NCBI GenBank assembly: GCA_964483035.1
Contig: CAYZZS010000002.1
Coordinates: 24,872 to 88,871, forward strand
Reading direction: 5' to 3'
Origin: an uncultured Candidatus Saccharibacteria bacterium
GTDB lineage: Bacteria; Patescibacteriota; Saccharimonadia; Saccharimonadales; CAYZZS01
Length of the DNA stretch: 64,000 nt
Shown: positions 37,228-47,312 of the stretch, piece after piece
How positions within the stretch are numbered: position 1 is the first letter of the stretch
How the letters are laid out: each line of letters starts with the position of its first letter
Made by a program: the position numbers and the translations under genes
The notes under the pieces: model-generated
The model's input: only the letters and a program-made list of their open reading frames with translations
The model's database searches: none
Told to the model about the DNA's origin: nothing

Positions 37228-38364
37228 ATGTCGGAAATAAACACCAACAACGAGTTGTTGCATCACGCCCTGAAGAGTGGTGCTTTCAGCGACCGGTATG
37301 AGTCGTTTTGGAGTTTCAGCCGCCGGAATTTTGATGGGGACGACATCCTGGTCGAAATACATTCACTGAGCAGAGGCTTGCAGCCGTACGAGCAGGGAGC
37401 AGCTGTATATGAGTGCTTTTGGCATCCTTCGCTGGTCCATCCTGACCCCGAGATGGTGCGCCGGGAGTACATCAATAACAGTGTCTGGTGGGACTATCCG
37501 AACCGTAAGCACGAGACGTTTCCGCGGCTGCTGCCTGATAACTTGCGGCAGCTCTACGTAGCCGGGGAGCAGAGCAATATGATTACGATTGCAAACATAG
37601 CAAATGAATCGATATCGTCTGAAGTCTTGCAGCCGGTACTTGATACGTATCGGTGGTTTGATGAACAGACGGCCGGCTGGGTGCCGCGGCAGGTAACAAA
37701 CATCATGATTGCTGACAATCTCGGCGATGGACCGGAGGCTGGCCCTGACGGAACGCTGGTCGGCGGCTACTACATTGGTGATCGGAAGCTGGTGTATCTG
37801 CACAGGGAGCTGTTTGACGACCCGTATGCAGGTGATATCAGTTCCTGGGAATCTGATAATAGCGGCAAATGGATCGGTATGCTGAACCGCTACCGGACGG
37901 AAGGGGAGTCGCTGGCGGCGCTGACTATGACCCACGAACTGGCACATGCCCTGCAGCGCAGTCTGCCTTTCTTGAGGGAGGAATACGCTCAGGCAATGGC
38001 TGATCTGGAGGAGTTGTACCCGGAGATTTCACTGCCCACAAGCTACGCTGGCGCCAGCCCGTTTGAAGATTTTGCAGAAAGCATGGTGCTGTACCGCTTT
38101 CGTCCTGATCGGCTTGACTCGGAGCGGCGGGAGCTGGTTGAGTATCAGCTTCAGGTTGCGGAACGGGCCGGCCGGATGCTGCTGGGTGGCAAGTCTGGAT
38201 TATGGCAGGGTGCAGCTAAGATGCCGCATGGCTATTTCCCATCATTCCGTCTTCCGGAGTCCATTCATTACGTCTCATTTACGCGGCACGATGTGGCCGG
38301 AGGAGGCCCGGAGCAGCAGGCTGGCCGTATCGTACTTCAGGGCATTGATGACGAACAGGGCTAG
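37228..38364 (+). CDS. Hypothetical zincin-like metallopeptidase
   Basis: THELAH followed by PTSYAGASPFEDFAES; no signal peptide. Confidence 0.65.
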   Translation: MSEINTNNELLHHALKSGAFSDRYESFWSFSRRNFDGDDILVEIHSLSRGLQPYEQGAAVYECFWHPSLVHPDPEMVRREYINNSVWWDYPNRKHETFPRLLPDNLRQLYVAGEQSNMITIANIANESISSEVLQPVLDTYRWFDEQTAGWVPRQVTNIMIADNLGDGPEAGPDGTLVGGYYIGDRKLVYLHRELFDDPYAGDISSWESDNSGKWIGMLNRYRTEGESLAALTMTHELAHALQRSLPFLREEYAQAMADLEELYPEISLPTSYAGASPFEDFAESMVLYRFRPDRLDSERRELVEYQLQVAERAGRMLLGGKSGLWQGAAKMPHGYFPSFRLPESIHYVSFTRHDVAGGGPEQQAGRIVLQGIDDEQG

Positions 38365-38428
38365 CATAGGCCGCCACTCAGCAGTGCGTGTAGTTATTTT
38401 GACTTTTTCACGGTATAATCAGAGCCAA

Positions 38429-38494
38429 ATGAAAACACTCATTGCGATGAACGGTTTAGGATCGGTGCGAAACGGTGGCCTTGGGCCTGCGTAA
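38429..38494 (+). promoter_or_regulatory. Candidate Gly-rich leader peptide MKTLIAMNGLGSVRNGGLGPA upstream of GlyRS
   Basis: TATAAT at 38414-38419 lies 9 nt before the ATG; 5 Gly in the last 13 codons; ends 54 nt before the GlyRS start. Confidence 0.55.
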
Positions 38495-38548
38495 ATTTTA
38501 CTTTGTACCTAAGCAATCAGTATTTCTTAATAAAGACAAAGGCAGTAT

Positions 38549-39847
<1,299 letters not shown>

Positions 39848-40101
39848 GGAAGCCGGCAGCTCCCGTCTATTTGTTGAATATGGGTATAATGCTACGCCAG
39901 ACTGTCTAGCATGCCTTACCATTACCCCCCCTCGCTAGTTGAGCGAAGAGGCAAGGGGCAGTTTTTGTGCTTAGTACTATTGCTGTCGGTGTAGTTTCTG
40001 CTCGCCGCCGAACTTCCTCAAAATCCTAAGCAAATTTAATGAACATTTCCGCGGCCCTCTCAATGTCAGTCGATTTGATGGCAGTGCTATGATTAAGTTA
40101 G

Positions 40102-40455
40102 ATGAAAATTGTAATCAAGCGAGTTTATGATAGAGCTTCGGAGGCGGACGGGTTTCGGGTGCTGGTGGACCGGCTGTGGCCGCGGGGAGTGAAGAAAGAG
40201 CTGGCAGCAGTGGATGAATGGCTGAAGGATATCGCACCGAGCAATGAGCTGAGGGCCTGGTTTGACCACGATCCGGATAAATTTCAGGAATTCAGGGCTG
40301 GGTACATTGCTGAGCTGCGGGCGTCCAGTGTGCCCAAGCAGCTGCTTGAGCGAATCGGGACAGTTAAGACCCTGACGCTGGTGTACGCCGCAAAGGATCC
40401 GGACATAAACCACGCCGTGGTGCTCAGGGATTATTTACGCACATTGGTAAAATAA
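40102..40455 (+). CDS. DUF488/YeaO family protein
   Basis: KRVYD, DGFRVLVDRLWPRG, APSNELRAWF, NHAVVL. Confidence 0.9.
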   Translation: MKIVIKRVYDRASEADGFRVLVDRLWPRGVKKELAAVDEWLKDIAPSNELRAWFDHDPDKFQEFRAGYIAELRASSVPKQLLERIGTVKTLTLVYAAKDPDINHAVVLRDYLRTLVK

Positions 40456-40491
40456 TCCAATCGATATCGTATCTGCTATGATGAAACTGAT

Positions 40492-41142
40492 ATGAGTATT
40501 GCACGCGGCGAGCCGCCTCAGACGGCGGAGGTTCGATATTCTACAGAGCTGGACCGTGAGGCGGTCGAACTGGTGGCCGAACTAGTCGATGAAGCGGTGC
40601 ACCTGAGTCCCAACGACCGTTCCGCCCGGCTCGCGGAGAATATTTTGTCCCACTGGTGCGAAGTAGAGACGATTACGCTGCCCGCAACGTATGAATCCAG
40701 GCTGGTGCTTAATTTTTTTGCCAGACGGATGCTGCTTCGGCATGACATGATTGCTGCCGGTGAAGATGCCGGTGATGTATATCGGATTATCATCGAGCAG
40801 GGGATGTTTAGAAATGGCTTCCAGCCGCTCAGCGAACGCTCATTGTTAATGTATATACCGGAAGACGAGACAGCGGAGCCGGTTGCGCTGCAGACCTATG
40901 CCCTCAGTCCGCTCGGATCAGAGGAGGAAGCAAAGGATTACACACCGACGGAGCAAGAAGGTCATAATTCTCAGCCGGACTTTAACGAACTGATCCGCTT
41001 TACCAAGCAGGTAAACCACGATTTTTATAGCTGGAACCGATTGAGCACGTTTGAGCTGGAGGATATTTTCGACGAAATCAGCATAATCCACACCGCACTG
41101 ATAAAAGGCCGGCCCTATGATGCGGCTGGCGGGGAGTATTAG
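40492..41142 (+). CDS. Hypothetical acidic protein
   Basis: 216-aa ORF preceded by TGcTATGAT; no recognised motif. Confidence 0.65.
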   Translation: MSIARGEPPQTAEVRYSTELDREAVELVAELVDEAVHLSPNDRSARLAENILSHWCEVETITLPATYESRLVLNFFARRMLLRHDMIAAGEDAGDVYRIIIEQGMFRNGFQPLSERSLLMYIPEDETAEPVALQTYALSPLGSEEEAKDYTPTEQEGHNSQPDFNELIRFTKQVNHDFYSWNRLSTFELEDIFDEISIIHTALIKGRPYDAAGGEY

Positions 41143-41169
41143 AGGCGGCAACTGTCAGGCCGACGGGTG

Positions 41170-41391
41170 CTAAAAGATTTTACCCTTGATGTCCTTCAGG
41201 GTACCGCCGAGATCGATGCTTTTGATATCGTCAAAACTCAGCCGGCCGTCCTCGTTCTGGTCGGCCATGCCTTTCAGCTTGTCGATGATTCCGTCGTTAT
41301 TGCCGTCCTTCATCGACTCCAGGTCGTCTTTGGAGACTTTGCCGTCGCCGCTTTGATCGGCCTTAGCCTTGATGTCTTCTATTAAACTCAT
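41170..41391 (-). CDS. Small EF-hand protein
   Basis: DQSGDGKVSKDD and DQNEDGRLSFDD loops; GGAG-containing SD before ATG 41391. Confidence 0.72.
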   Translation of the reverse strand: MSLIEDIKAKADQSGDGKVSKDDLESMKDGNNDGIIDKLKGMADQNEDGRLSFDDIKSIDLGGTLKDIKGKIF

Positions 41392-41457
41392 GCGCTCCAA
41401 ACCTCCGTTTAGCACTACGCATAGTACAGGAGGTGTGCTGGCATGTCTGCCGTATAT

Positions 41458-41844
41458 CTAATGTATGGCTACTAGCTCGATATCAAAAACCAGATCAGAG
41501 TTAGGGGGAATGCTCGGCGATGGCGATGCCGAGCCGTAAGCTTTGGCGGCAGGGATGACTAGACGTCGGATGCCGCCGACTTTCATGCCCGGTACACCTT
41601 CAGTCCATCCGGCAATAACTTGGTCGAGCCCGAAGCTGATGGGCTGGCCGAAGTCATGGGAGCTTTGGAAAATGACACCGCTGGCAGCAATCGCACCGGT
41701 GTAGTGTGCGGTTATGGTGCTGCCTGTTGGGACGGTGTCACCGGTACCTTCCTGGATATCGATGATCTGCAGCTCAGTGACAGCGCTGACCGGGGTAAAG
41801 TTTGCTAATGTCGAACCTTCTAGGGGAGTGTTGTTTGCATCCAT
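41458..41844 (-). CDS. FKBP-type peptidyl-prolyl isomerase
   Basis: HYTG, VIAGWTEG..GMKVGG.RRLVIP...AYG, IPPNSDLVFDIEL. Confidence 0.93.
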   Translation of the reverse strand: MDANNTPLEGSTLANFTPVSAVTELQIIDIQEGTGDTVPTGSTITAHYTGAIAASGVIFQSSHDFGQPISFGLDQVIAGWTEGVPGMKVGGIRRLVIPAAKAYGSASPSPSIPPNSDLVFDIELVAIH

Positions 41845-41926
41845 GAATCTTAGTCTACAGTCTATTGCCCGATAAGCCTAAAGGTACGGGTAGTAATTTA
41901 TTGGCGTTACAGACTATAATTGCAGT

Positions 41927-42496
41927 ATGCCGGAGTACGAAGCATTCGCGAGGGAGCGGGAGGCCTTGATGTCGCCTCCTACATATGAGGAGTTTGACAT
42001 ACTCAAGGAGCAGCTGCTGGCAATGGCCGAAGAGCCGGACGCCACAGTACTGGGAAGAAGCGATGGGGCTGGTCTCGAGATCGAGCTGGTGCGCGTTGTG
42101 AGGGATGCGTTCGCAAGTGAGCGGCATCCGATTACTGTGACTGTAATGGGAATTATGGAGTTTATGCCAGACGGAAGAACTAACCTGGCTATCAGGTACA
42201 GCGAATGCTCACTTAATCCGCAGACGAATATAGATGAATGGTCGCACAGTTATCGGTTTACCTCGCGCCACAATACTTTGTTAGATTACGGCCATAGGAT
42301 TGGCTGCTTTATAGTACTGCCGACTCTAATGCGGCCAGGGTGGTATTCACCAGAATTTATCCGGGAGGCAAATTTAGGGAGGAGTATATTGCGGCGAGTG
42401 ACCACGGAAGATCCATTGACCGCCGGAGACTGCGGAGTGCTACATGACCGCATGCTTGCCCTTATGGACGGCAGGCTACACGATAGTGATGATTAA
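41927..42496 (+). CDS. Hypothetical protein
   Basis: 189-aa ORF with TATAAT 6 nt upstream. Confidence 0.6.
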   Translation: MPEYEAFAREREALMSPPTYEEFDILKEQLLAMAEEPDATVLGRSDGAGLEIELVRVVRDAFASERHPITVTVMGIMEFMPDGRTNLAIRYSECSLNPQTNIDEWSHSYRFTSRHNTLLDYGHRIGCFIVLPTLMRPGWYSPEFIREANLGRSILRRVTTEDPLTAGDCGVLHDRMLALMDGRLHDSDD

Positions 42497-42524
42497 ATGG
42501 CACGACATCAAAGATTAGGAGTAG

Positions 42525-42938
42525 TTGCTAATGGCGTACTTAGAAATCGGCAGCTTCTGCAGTATTGAGGAATATAATACGTATCGCTGTAAGCGGGTAA
42601 TGGAAACCGATATTGAACAGGGCGGCCTCTATACCTACATGATGCGATTCGATCACGCGGAAAAGCAAGCTGCAAAGCAGCCGGTACGAGCCGAAGAGAT
42701 AATTCGCAAAGCCGGTAAATTATCGGTTCGGTTTGCGTTCCTAAACGAAGACCTAGAGCCAGAATGCGTGGTAGAGGAGAGTGTTTGGGATGGCATTATT
42801 GCTTGCTGTGTTGAGGTGACATTCAATTCGCACGAAACAGGTGACAGCTATCAGCTGCAGGAAGCGTACCTCAGGGATTATTACGAAGATCAGTTTGGCG
42901 ACATGCTCACGAGGAGCAATGAGCTAAGCCTGGCGTAG
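42525..42938 (+). CDS. Hypothetical protein (start 42525 or 42531)
   Basis: AGGAG SD; tiles with neighbouring ORFs. Confidence 0.55.
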   Translation: MLMAYLEIGSFCSIEEYNTYRCKRVMETDIEQGGLYTYMMRFDHAEKQAAKQPVRAEEIIRKAGKLSVRFAFLNEDLEPECVVEESVWDGIIACCVEVTFNSHETGDSYQLQEAYLRDYYEDQFGDMLTRSNELSLA

Positions 42939-42976
42939 TAGCGTCCGCGGGGGCTTCGCAGTGCTATCATTATGTA

Positions 42977-43405
42977 ATGGACAAATTCCATGAGCACGGA
43001 AGCGAGGCTCAAACCCAGCTCGTTGAAGTAGCGTTTGAGTTTGATGACATTCGAGCGCACGAAATTCTTCGACAGGATCGAAGGTTTCATAATACTCCGA
43101 AGACTATCTGGGAGTGGGGTTGTACGGCTGGTGTGCGCCCAGAATCTTCCAGATTGGTGGCGCGGTTTACGTTGAGCAGGGCTATTGAGGTTGAATTGTC
43201 GCACGCTGTCGTAACTTTGGCAGTAATGGAGATGCTGAATGTATTGCTGGAGAATGGATGTCCGGAGCTTGAGCTATCCAGGGTTGATTATCGAACACAG
43301 CGCTCTATGCAGGCTGGTCTGGATAGCGGATTTAGCGATGTAACCATGGAGGCCCGCAGCTATGCAGCGGAATATTTGTCGATGTTTTCCAGTGGGAATA
43401 GCTAG
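42977..43405 (+). CDS. Hypothetical protein
   Basis: TGcTATCAT 6 nt upstream of the ATG; 142 aa. Confidence 0.55.
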   Translation: MDKFHEHGSEAQTQLVEVAFEFDDIRAHEILRQDRRFHNTPKTIWEWGCTAGVRPESSRLVARFTLSRAIEVELSHAVVTLAVMEMLNVLLENGCPELELSRVDYRTQRSMQAGLDSGFSDVTMEARSYAAEYLSMFSSGNS

Positions 43406-43463
43406 AAGCCGGGTGGCTTTACACGTTACGGCCAGTCTCTGAGGTAGCTGGTATGATGTTTGT

Positions 43464-44045
43464 ATGAAGAACGCAATCATATTGCACGGCATGCCGAGCA
43501 AGCGGGAATACTATGACCCCAACGTCCTGAGCATGAGTAATCTGCATTGGATTCCCTGGCTACAAAGTCAGCTGATTAAACACGACATCATGGCCGCGAC
43601 ACCGGAAATGCCTCATGCTTACGCGCCGGATTGGAAGGCGTGGGTCAGGGAAGTGGAGCGGTTTGAAGTCGGGCCGGAGACGCTACTGGTCGGCCATAGC
43701 TGTGGGGGCGGTTTCTGGGTGCGGTATTTGAGCGAGCGCAAAGACCTGAGGGTCGGCAAGGTCGTGCTGGTGGCTCCCTGGACTGATCCGGACCGAGATC
43801 ACACAAAGGGCTTTTTTGAATTTGAAATCGATTCGGAATTAGCAGCCCGAACCGAAGGGGTTACGGTTTTTCATTCAGCGAACGATGCAGGGAATATCCA
43901 TAAGACAGTCGCATCGCTGCGGGAAAGTATTCGTGACATTGGCTATAGGGAGTTTGATAATTACGGTCACTTTACCCAAAAAAGTATGGGCACACAGGAA
44001 TTTCCCGAACTCCTCCAAGAGCTGCTTGGAGATAATCAAGCGTAG
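43464..44045 (+). CDS. RBBP9/YdeN-family alpha/beta hydrolase
   Basis: IILHG, WIPWL, LVGHSCGG nucleophile elbow, HSAND, GHF. Confidence 0.87.
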   Translation: MKNAIILHGMPSKREYYDPNVLSMSNLHWIPWLQSQLIKHDIMAATPEMPHAYAPDWKAWVREVERFEVGPETLLVGHSCGGGFWVRYLSERKDLRVGKVVLVAPWTDPDRDHTKGFFEFEIDSELAARTEGVTVFHSANDAGNIHKTVASLRESIRDIGYREFDNYGHFTQKSMGTQEFPELLQELLGDNQA

Positions 44046-44051
44046 CTAAAT

Positions 44052-44282
44052 ATGGCAGAGATGATCACCATTAGGGTCAAGCCTGGAAGTAAGAAAGGCC
44101 CAGCCATAGAGAAGGGTGGCGACGGCAGCTACACTGTGTATGTCCGGGAGCGGGCAGTCGACGGCAAGGCGAACCAGGCAGTTGTCAGACTGCTGGCTGA
44201 GCATTTTGGCATTGCGAAATCCAGCATAGAAATTGTTCGCGGACACACCTCGAAGATCAAGCAGATTACTGTGCTGCTGTAA
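44052..44282 (+). CDS. DUF167 (YggU) family protein
   Basis: RVKPGS, AVDGKANQA..LLAEHF, GHTSKIK. Confidence 0.9.
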   Translation: MAEMITIRVKPGSKKGPAIEKGGDGSYTVYVRERAVDGKANQAVVRLLAEHFGIAKSSIEIVRGHTSKIKQITVLL

Positions 44283-44291
44283 TTCCTAAAC

Positions 44292-45620
44292 TTACTCGCG
44301 GCAAGATGAGACAGTCGGCGTTCCCCACGTGTACTGGCAAAGCGCCATACCGTTACCGAGGTTTTCGCTGCCTCGGCAGTCGAGGCCGGTATTGTTGCAG
44401 TTTTGGACCCACATATTAAGGATTTCCTCATTCCAGCCGTTGATCCAGTCACCGTGACCGGATGAGCCGGCGGGCGCGCCATTGATGTCGCTGGCGAGCC
44501 GCCAGGTGGAAGTTCCTTCCGGCGGGACGTCATAGTAGACCTTGAAAGTGATATTAGTGAGAGGAACCGAATGCGAAGAAGGACACTTGCCGTTGACCGG
44601 GTAGGCCATGTGGCTCTGGTTATCTGCCGAGTGAGTGTTCATACCGTCCCAGCACTGCGGAAAGTCGATATGCGTAATCATGCGGTCTCCAGTTGGGCAG
44701 GACACATCAGTGATGAAGCGGATGCGCTGGATGCCATTATCCAGGCTATAGCAGGAGTACCAGATCATTTCCTGCGCCCCGGTGCTGTTGGCGTTGCCGG
44801 CAATCATCCGAAGGCCTTTGGGGAAGGGTTTCACGGATGATGCCTCGATGCCATGCTCTCCGGTTTTGTAGTAAATCTCGATTCGGGCTGGAATGAGCGG
44901 CCGGCCATCGCGTGTATCAATCATGGACGGCACCCAGTAGGCAGAGCGGTTCGAACCGCCACCGCCACCGCAGGTGGCTGCCGCATTGGAATCAACCAGG
45001 TTCTCGACATCAGTTTTGTAATCAGTTGTTACATTGCCCCAGAAGGTGTGTAGGTGTGCCCGTCCTTCAAGTCCGGGGTATACCAAGGGGTCATCCCGGC
45101 TGATGTGCGAGAAATGACAGTCAGTCCTAAAGGAGCCGTTCTCATCGTTGGCTATCGGCATAACACCGGAGTTCCATATACGCTGGCCGGACCACCATGC
45201 TACCGGGTCGCTGTCGAATACCGGCGGGTTGCGGGGTGGCGACATAGTCGCCCGGGCAGGAATCAGGTCGCAGTTTACGTATGTTAGCCCTGGTAGGTTG
45301 CAACTGCCATCTTCGCCGCTAGTTGGCGGATCCGGAGTGGGTGAAGCAACGAAGCGTATGTAGCTGCCGCCGGCGGCATTGATGTCAATGGCAGGCTCTG
45401 CGCCGCCAGTGAGTGTCGTATCCTCGCCCAGGTTGAGGGGAATGAATTGATTAGTGAGTGCCGAGGAGCGAAAGATAAGCGCTGAGAACAGGGCAATCAC
45501 GGCTAGGGAAAGCACGCCTATTATAATCGGCTGCCGGTGCCTAACTGCAAGCGAAGGGGCTAATTCCAGCTCATTCGCGTACACCCGGGTCTTTAGTGGT
45601 TTCGTTCTGGCTCGCTTCAT
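44292..45620 (-). CDS. Membrane-anchored/exported DUF1996 domain protein
   Basis: N-terminal TM; DDPLVYPG..AHLHTFWGN, NRSAYWVP, PFPKGLRMIAG, FPQCWDG, CPSSH, HGDWINGW. Confidence 0.85.
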   Translation of the reverse strand: MKRARTKPLKTRVYANELELAPSLAVRHRQPIIIGVLSLAVIALFSALIFRSSALTNQFIPLNLGEDTTLTGGAEPAIDINAAGGSYIRFVASPTPDPPTSGEDGSCNLPGLTYVNCDLIPARATMSPPRNPPVFDSDPVAWWSGQRIWNSGVMPIANDENGSFRTDCHFSHISRDDPLVYPGLEGRAHLHTFWGNVTTDYKTDVENLVDSNAAATCGGGGGSNRSAYWVPSMIDTRDGRPLIPARIEIYYKTGEHGIEASSVKPFPKGLRMIAGNANSTGAQEMIWYSCYSLDNGIQRIRFITDVSCPTGDRMITHIDFPQCWDGMNTHSADNQSHMAYPVNGKCPSSHSVPLTNITFKVYYDVPPEGTSTWRLASDINGAPAGSSGHGDWINGWNEEILNMWVQNCNNTGLDCRGSENLGNGMALCQYTWGTPTVSSCRE

Positions 45621-45708
45621 AGGTAAACGTTAGCATCATTATGGATAATAGATGATGCTTCGTCAATTGAATGGCAGCGAGTTTTATTACAACTGTGGAA
45701 TATAGCAG

Positions 45709-45738
45709 AATCCGGAGCAGGTTAGTCTGCCCCGGATT
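45709..45738 (-). terminator. Stem-loop downstream of the Rpf gene (probable terminator)
   Basis: Minus-strand stem AATCCGGGGCAG / CTGCTCCGGATT about 33 nt after the stop; weak U-tract. Confidence 0.5.
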
Positions 45739-45771
45739 TGTTACCGAAAATTACGAAATTTGATTATCTGA

Positions 45772-46413
45772 TTATCTAAGTCCGAGCTTTGCCGAACACG
45801 CTGGCCATGCACCCCAGCCTTGGCGGGCGCGCAGCATTTCGGCACGGTGAATCTGCTCTGACTTGCTGGCCTGGTGTGGATAGCCGCTACCGCCGACAGC
45901 TTGCCAGCTTGAGAGACTGAACTGCAGCCCGCCGTAGTATCCGTTACCAGTGTTGATGTGCCAATTGCCGCCTGATTCACAGGCTGCCAGACGATCCCAT
46001 GCCTCGCCGCCCGTCACTGTGAAGTTGACGATGACTTTGGCCTGATTGCGGGCTCCGTACTGTCTGGGTTCGCTGCGGTTTGATGATGTCGAGCGTTTCT
46101 TGATTGACGGTCGACTGATTACTACCGTCGTCGGAATCGGCCGTTCTGCTAATGTCTCATCCGGTGCAGGGATCCGTAGTTCGTCACCCGGATAAATCAG
46201 GTCCGGATGCTCGATGTCGGTGTTTGCATAGTATATTCTCTGGTATGTCGTGTCGTGAGCTTTTGCGATCTTGGATAGCGTATCGCCTTGCTCTACGGTA
46301 ACAGTGTTCTCCGCGTCAGTCTCGCTATTTTCGGCATGTGCCGGCTGGCTGGTGCCGGCGGTCATTATCACGGCCGCCACAAAGACAACCGCAATCAATG
46401 CGACTCGTCGCAT
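45772..46413 (-). CDS. Secreted LysM plus resuscitation-promoting factor (Rpf) lytic transglycosylase
   Basis: Signal peptide ending AHA; LysM (VEQGDTLSKIA...PDLIYPGDELRIP); Rpf domain WDRLAACESGGNW.INTGNGYYGGLQF...QGWGAWPAC. Confidence 0.92.
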   Translation of the reverse strand: MRRVALIAVVFVAAVIMTAGTSQPAHAENSETDAENTVTVEQGDTLSKIAKAHDTTYQRIYYANTDIEHPDLIYPGDELRIPAPDETLAERPIPTTVVISRPSIKKRSTSSNRSEPRQYGARNQAKVIVNFTVTGGEAWDRLAACESGGNWHINTGNGYYGGLQFSLSSWQAVGGSGYPHQASKSEQIHRAEMLRARQGWGAWPACSAKLGLR

Positions 46414-46620
46414 AGTATGTTCTCCCTCCTTATACCCCCAGAATTATTAATCGTTTAAATATTTATTAATCAGGGGTAGTAAATGCGCTCTCCACCTCAA
46501 TTGGAAAAAAGCACAAATATCAGCATAAACCGTATAGAAATTAGTGTCAAGACTCTTAAGCTAACACCATATGTAGCGGGCCGTGAAAAACATAAAAACA
46601 ATGCTATGATTTATTATGAA

Positions 46621-47211
46621 ATGAAACGCGAGATTGAAGCCAAATTTTTGGACGCCGATTTTGATGCGGTCCGGGAAAAACTACAAGAGTTAAGCGCAAA
46701 ATGCGAGCAGTCGATGCAGCTGAAGCGTTACGTCATTATCGATGATACTCAGGGGTACATGCGCTCCAAGGGTACATTTATCCAGGTTCAGGATGATGGT
46801 AAAGACGTGACGTTGGCATACAAGAAGCTGCAGCGCGTCAGTACGGATGCAGTGCAGGATACTGCTGTCACGGTGAACTCCTTTGAGGCGGTCATCAATA
46901 TATTCCTGGAGCTGGGGCTTCGGGTGCGCTCGCACCAGGAATCCAAGCGCGAAACCTGGAGTCTGGGCGATGCGAAGGTTCACTTGGATCAGTGGCCGTG
47001 GCTGAAGCCGCTTATCACCATCTCAGGGCGCAATGAGCGCCAGATCGAAGAGATTGCCGGTGAGCTGGGCTATCAGTGGAGTGATGCCGTGTACGGTGAT
47101 ATTATTGCCGCCTACCGCGTACAGTATCCGATACTGGCTGACAAGAAGGATATAACATCGCTGCCAATTATGAAGTTCAACAGCGCTCCGCCAAACTTCT
47201 TCAACGTCTAA
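46621..47211 (+). CDS. CYTH-domain protein
   Basis: N-terminal EIEAK motif, VTLAYKK, ESKRETW, HLDQWP; start 46621 follows TGcTATGAT (the ORF-track start at 46483 is too early). Confidence 0.82.
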   Translation: MKREIEAKFLDADFDAVREKLQELSAKCEQSMQLKRYVIIDDTQGYMRSKGTFIQVQDDGKDVTLAYKKLQRVSTDAVQDTAVTVNSFEAVINIFLELGLRVRSHQESKRETWSLGDAKVHLDQWPWLKPLITISGRNERQIEEIAGELGYQWSDAVYGDIIAAYRVQYPILADKKDITSLPIMKFNSAPPNFFNV

Positions 47212-47312
47212 GCTGACTGCTTGGTTAAAATTTTACAGCAGCCATATCGTACTGTCGTGGGTTAGAATACGCCACTAGAATGTAAATATAAATCAGAAGA
47301 GAATCAGATAGC

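Noticed and set aside
38365-38548. T-box or glycine riboswitch upstream of glyQS
   Set aside because: No T-box sequence, terminator or glycine aptamer motif seen, and the leader is short
46414-46620. c-di-AMP (ydaO) riboswitch upstream of rpf
   Set aside because: No ydaO consensus recognised; only an AT-rich hairpin closed by TACCCC/GGGGTA next to the SD
46483-46620. N-terminal extension of the CYTH ORF given in the track
   Set aside because: It overlaps the divergent promoter region; the EIEAK motif and -10 box place the start at 46621
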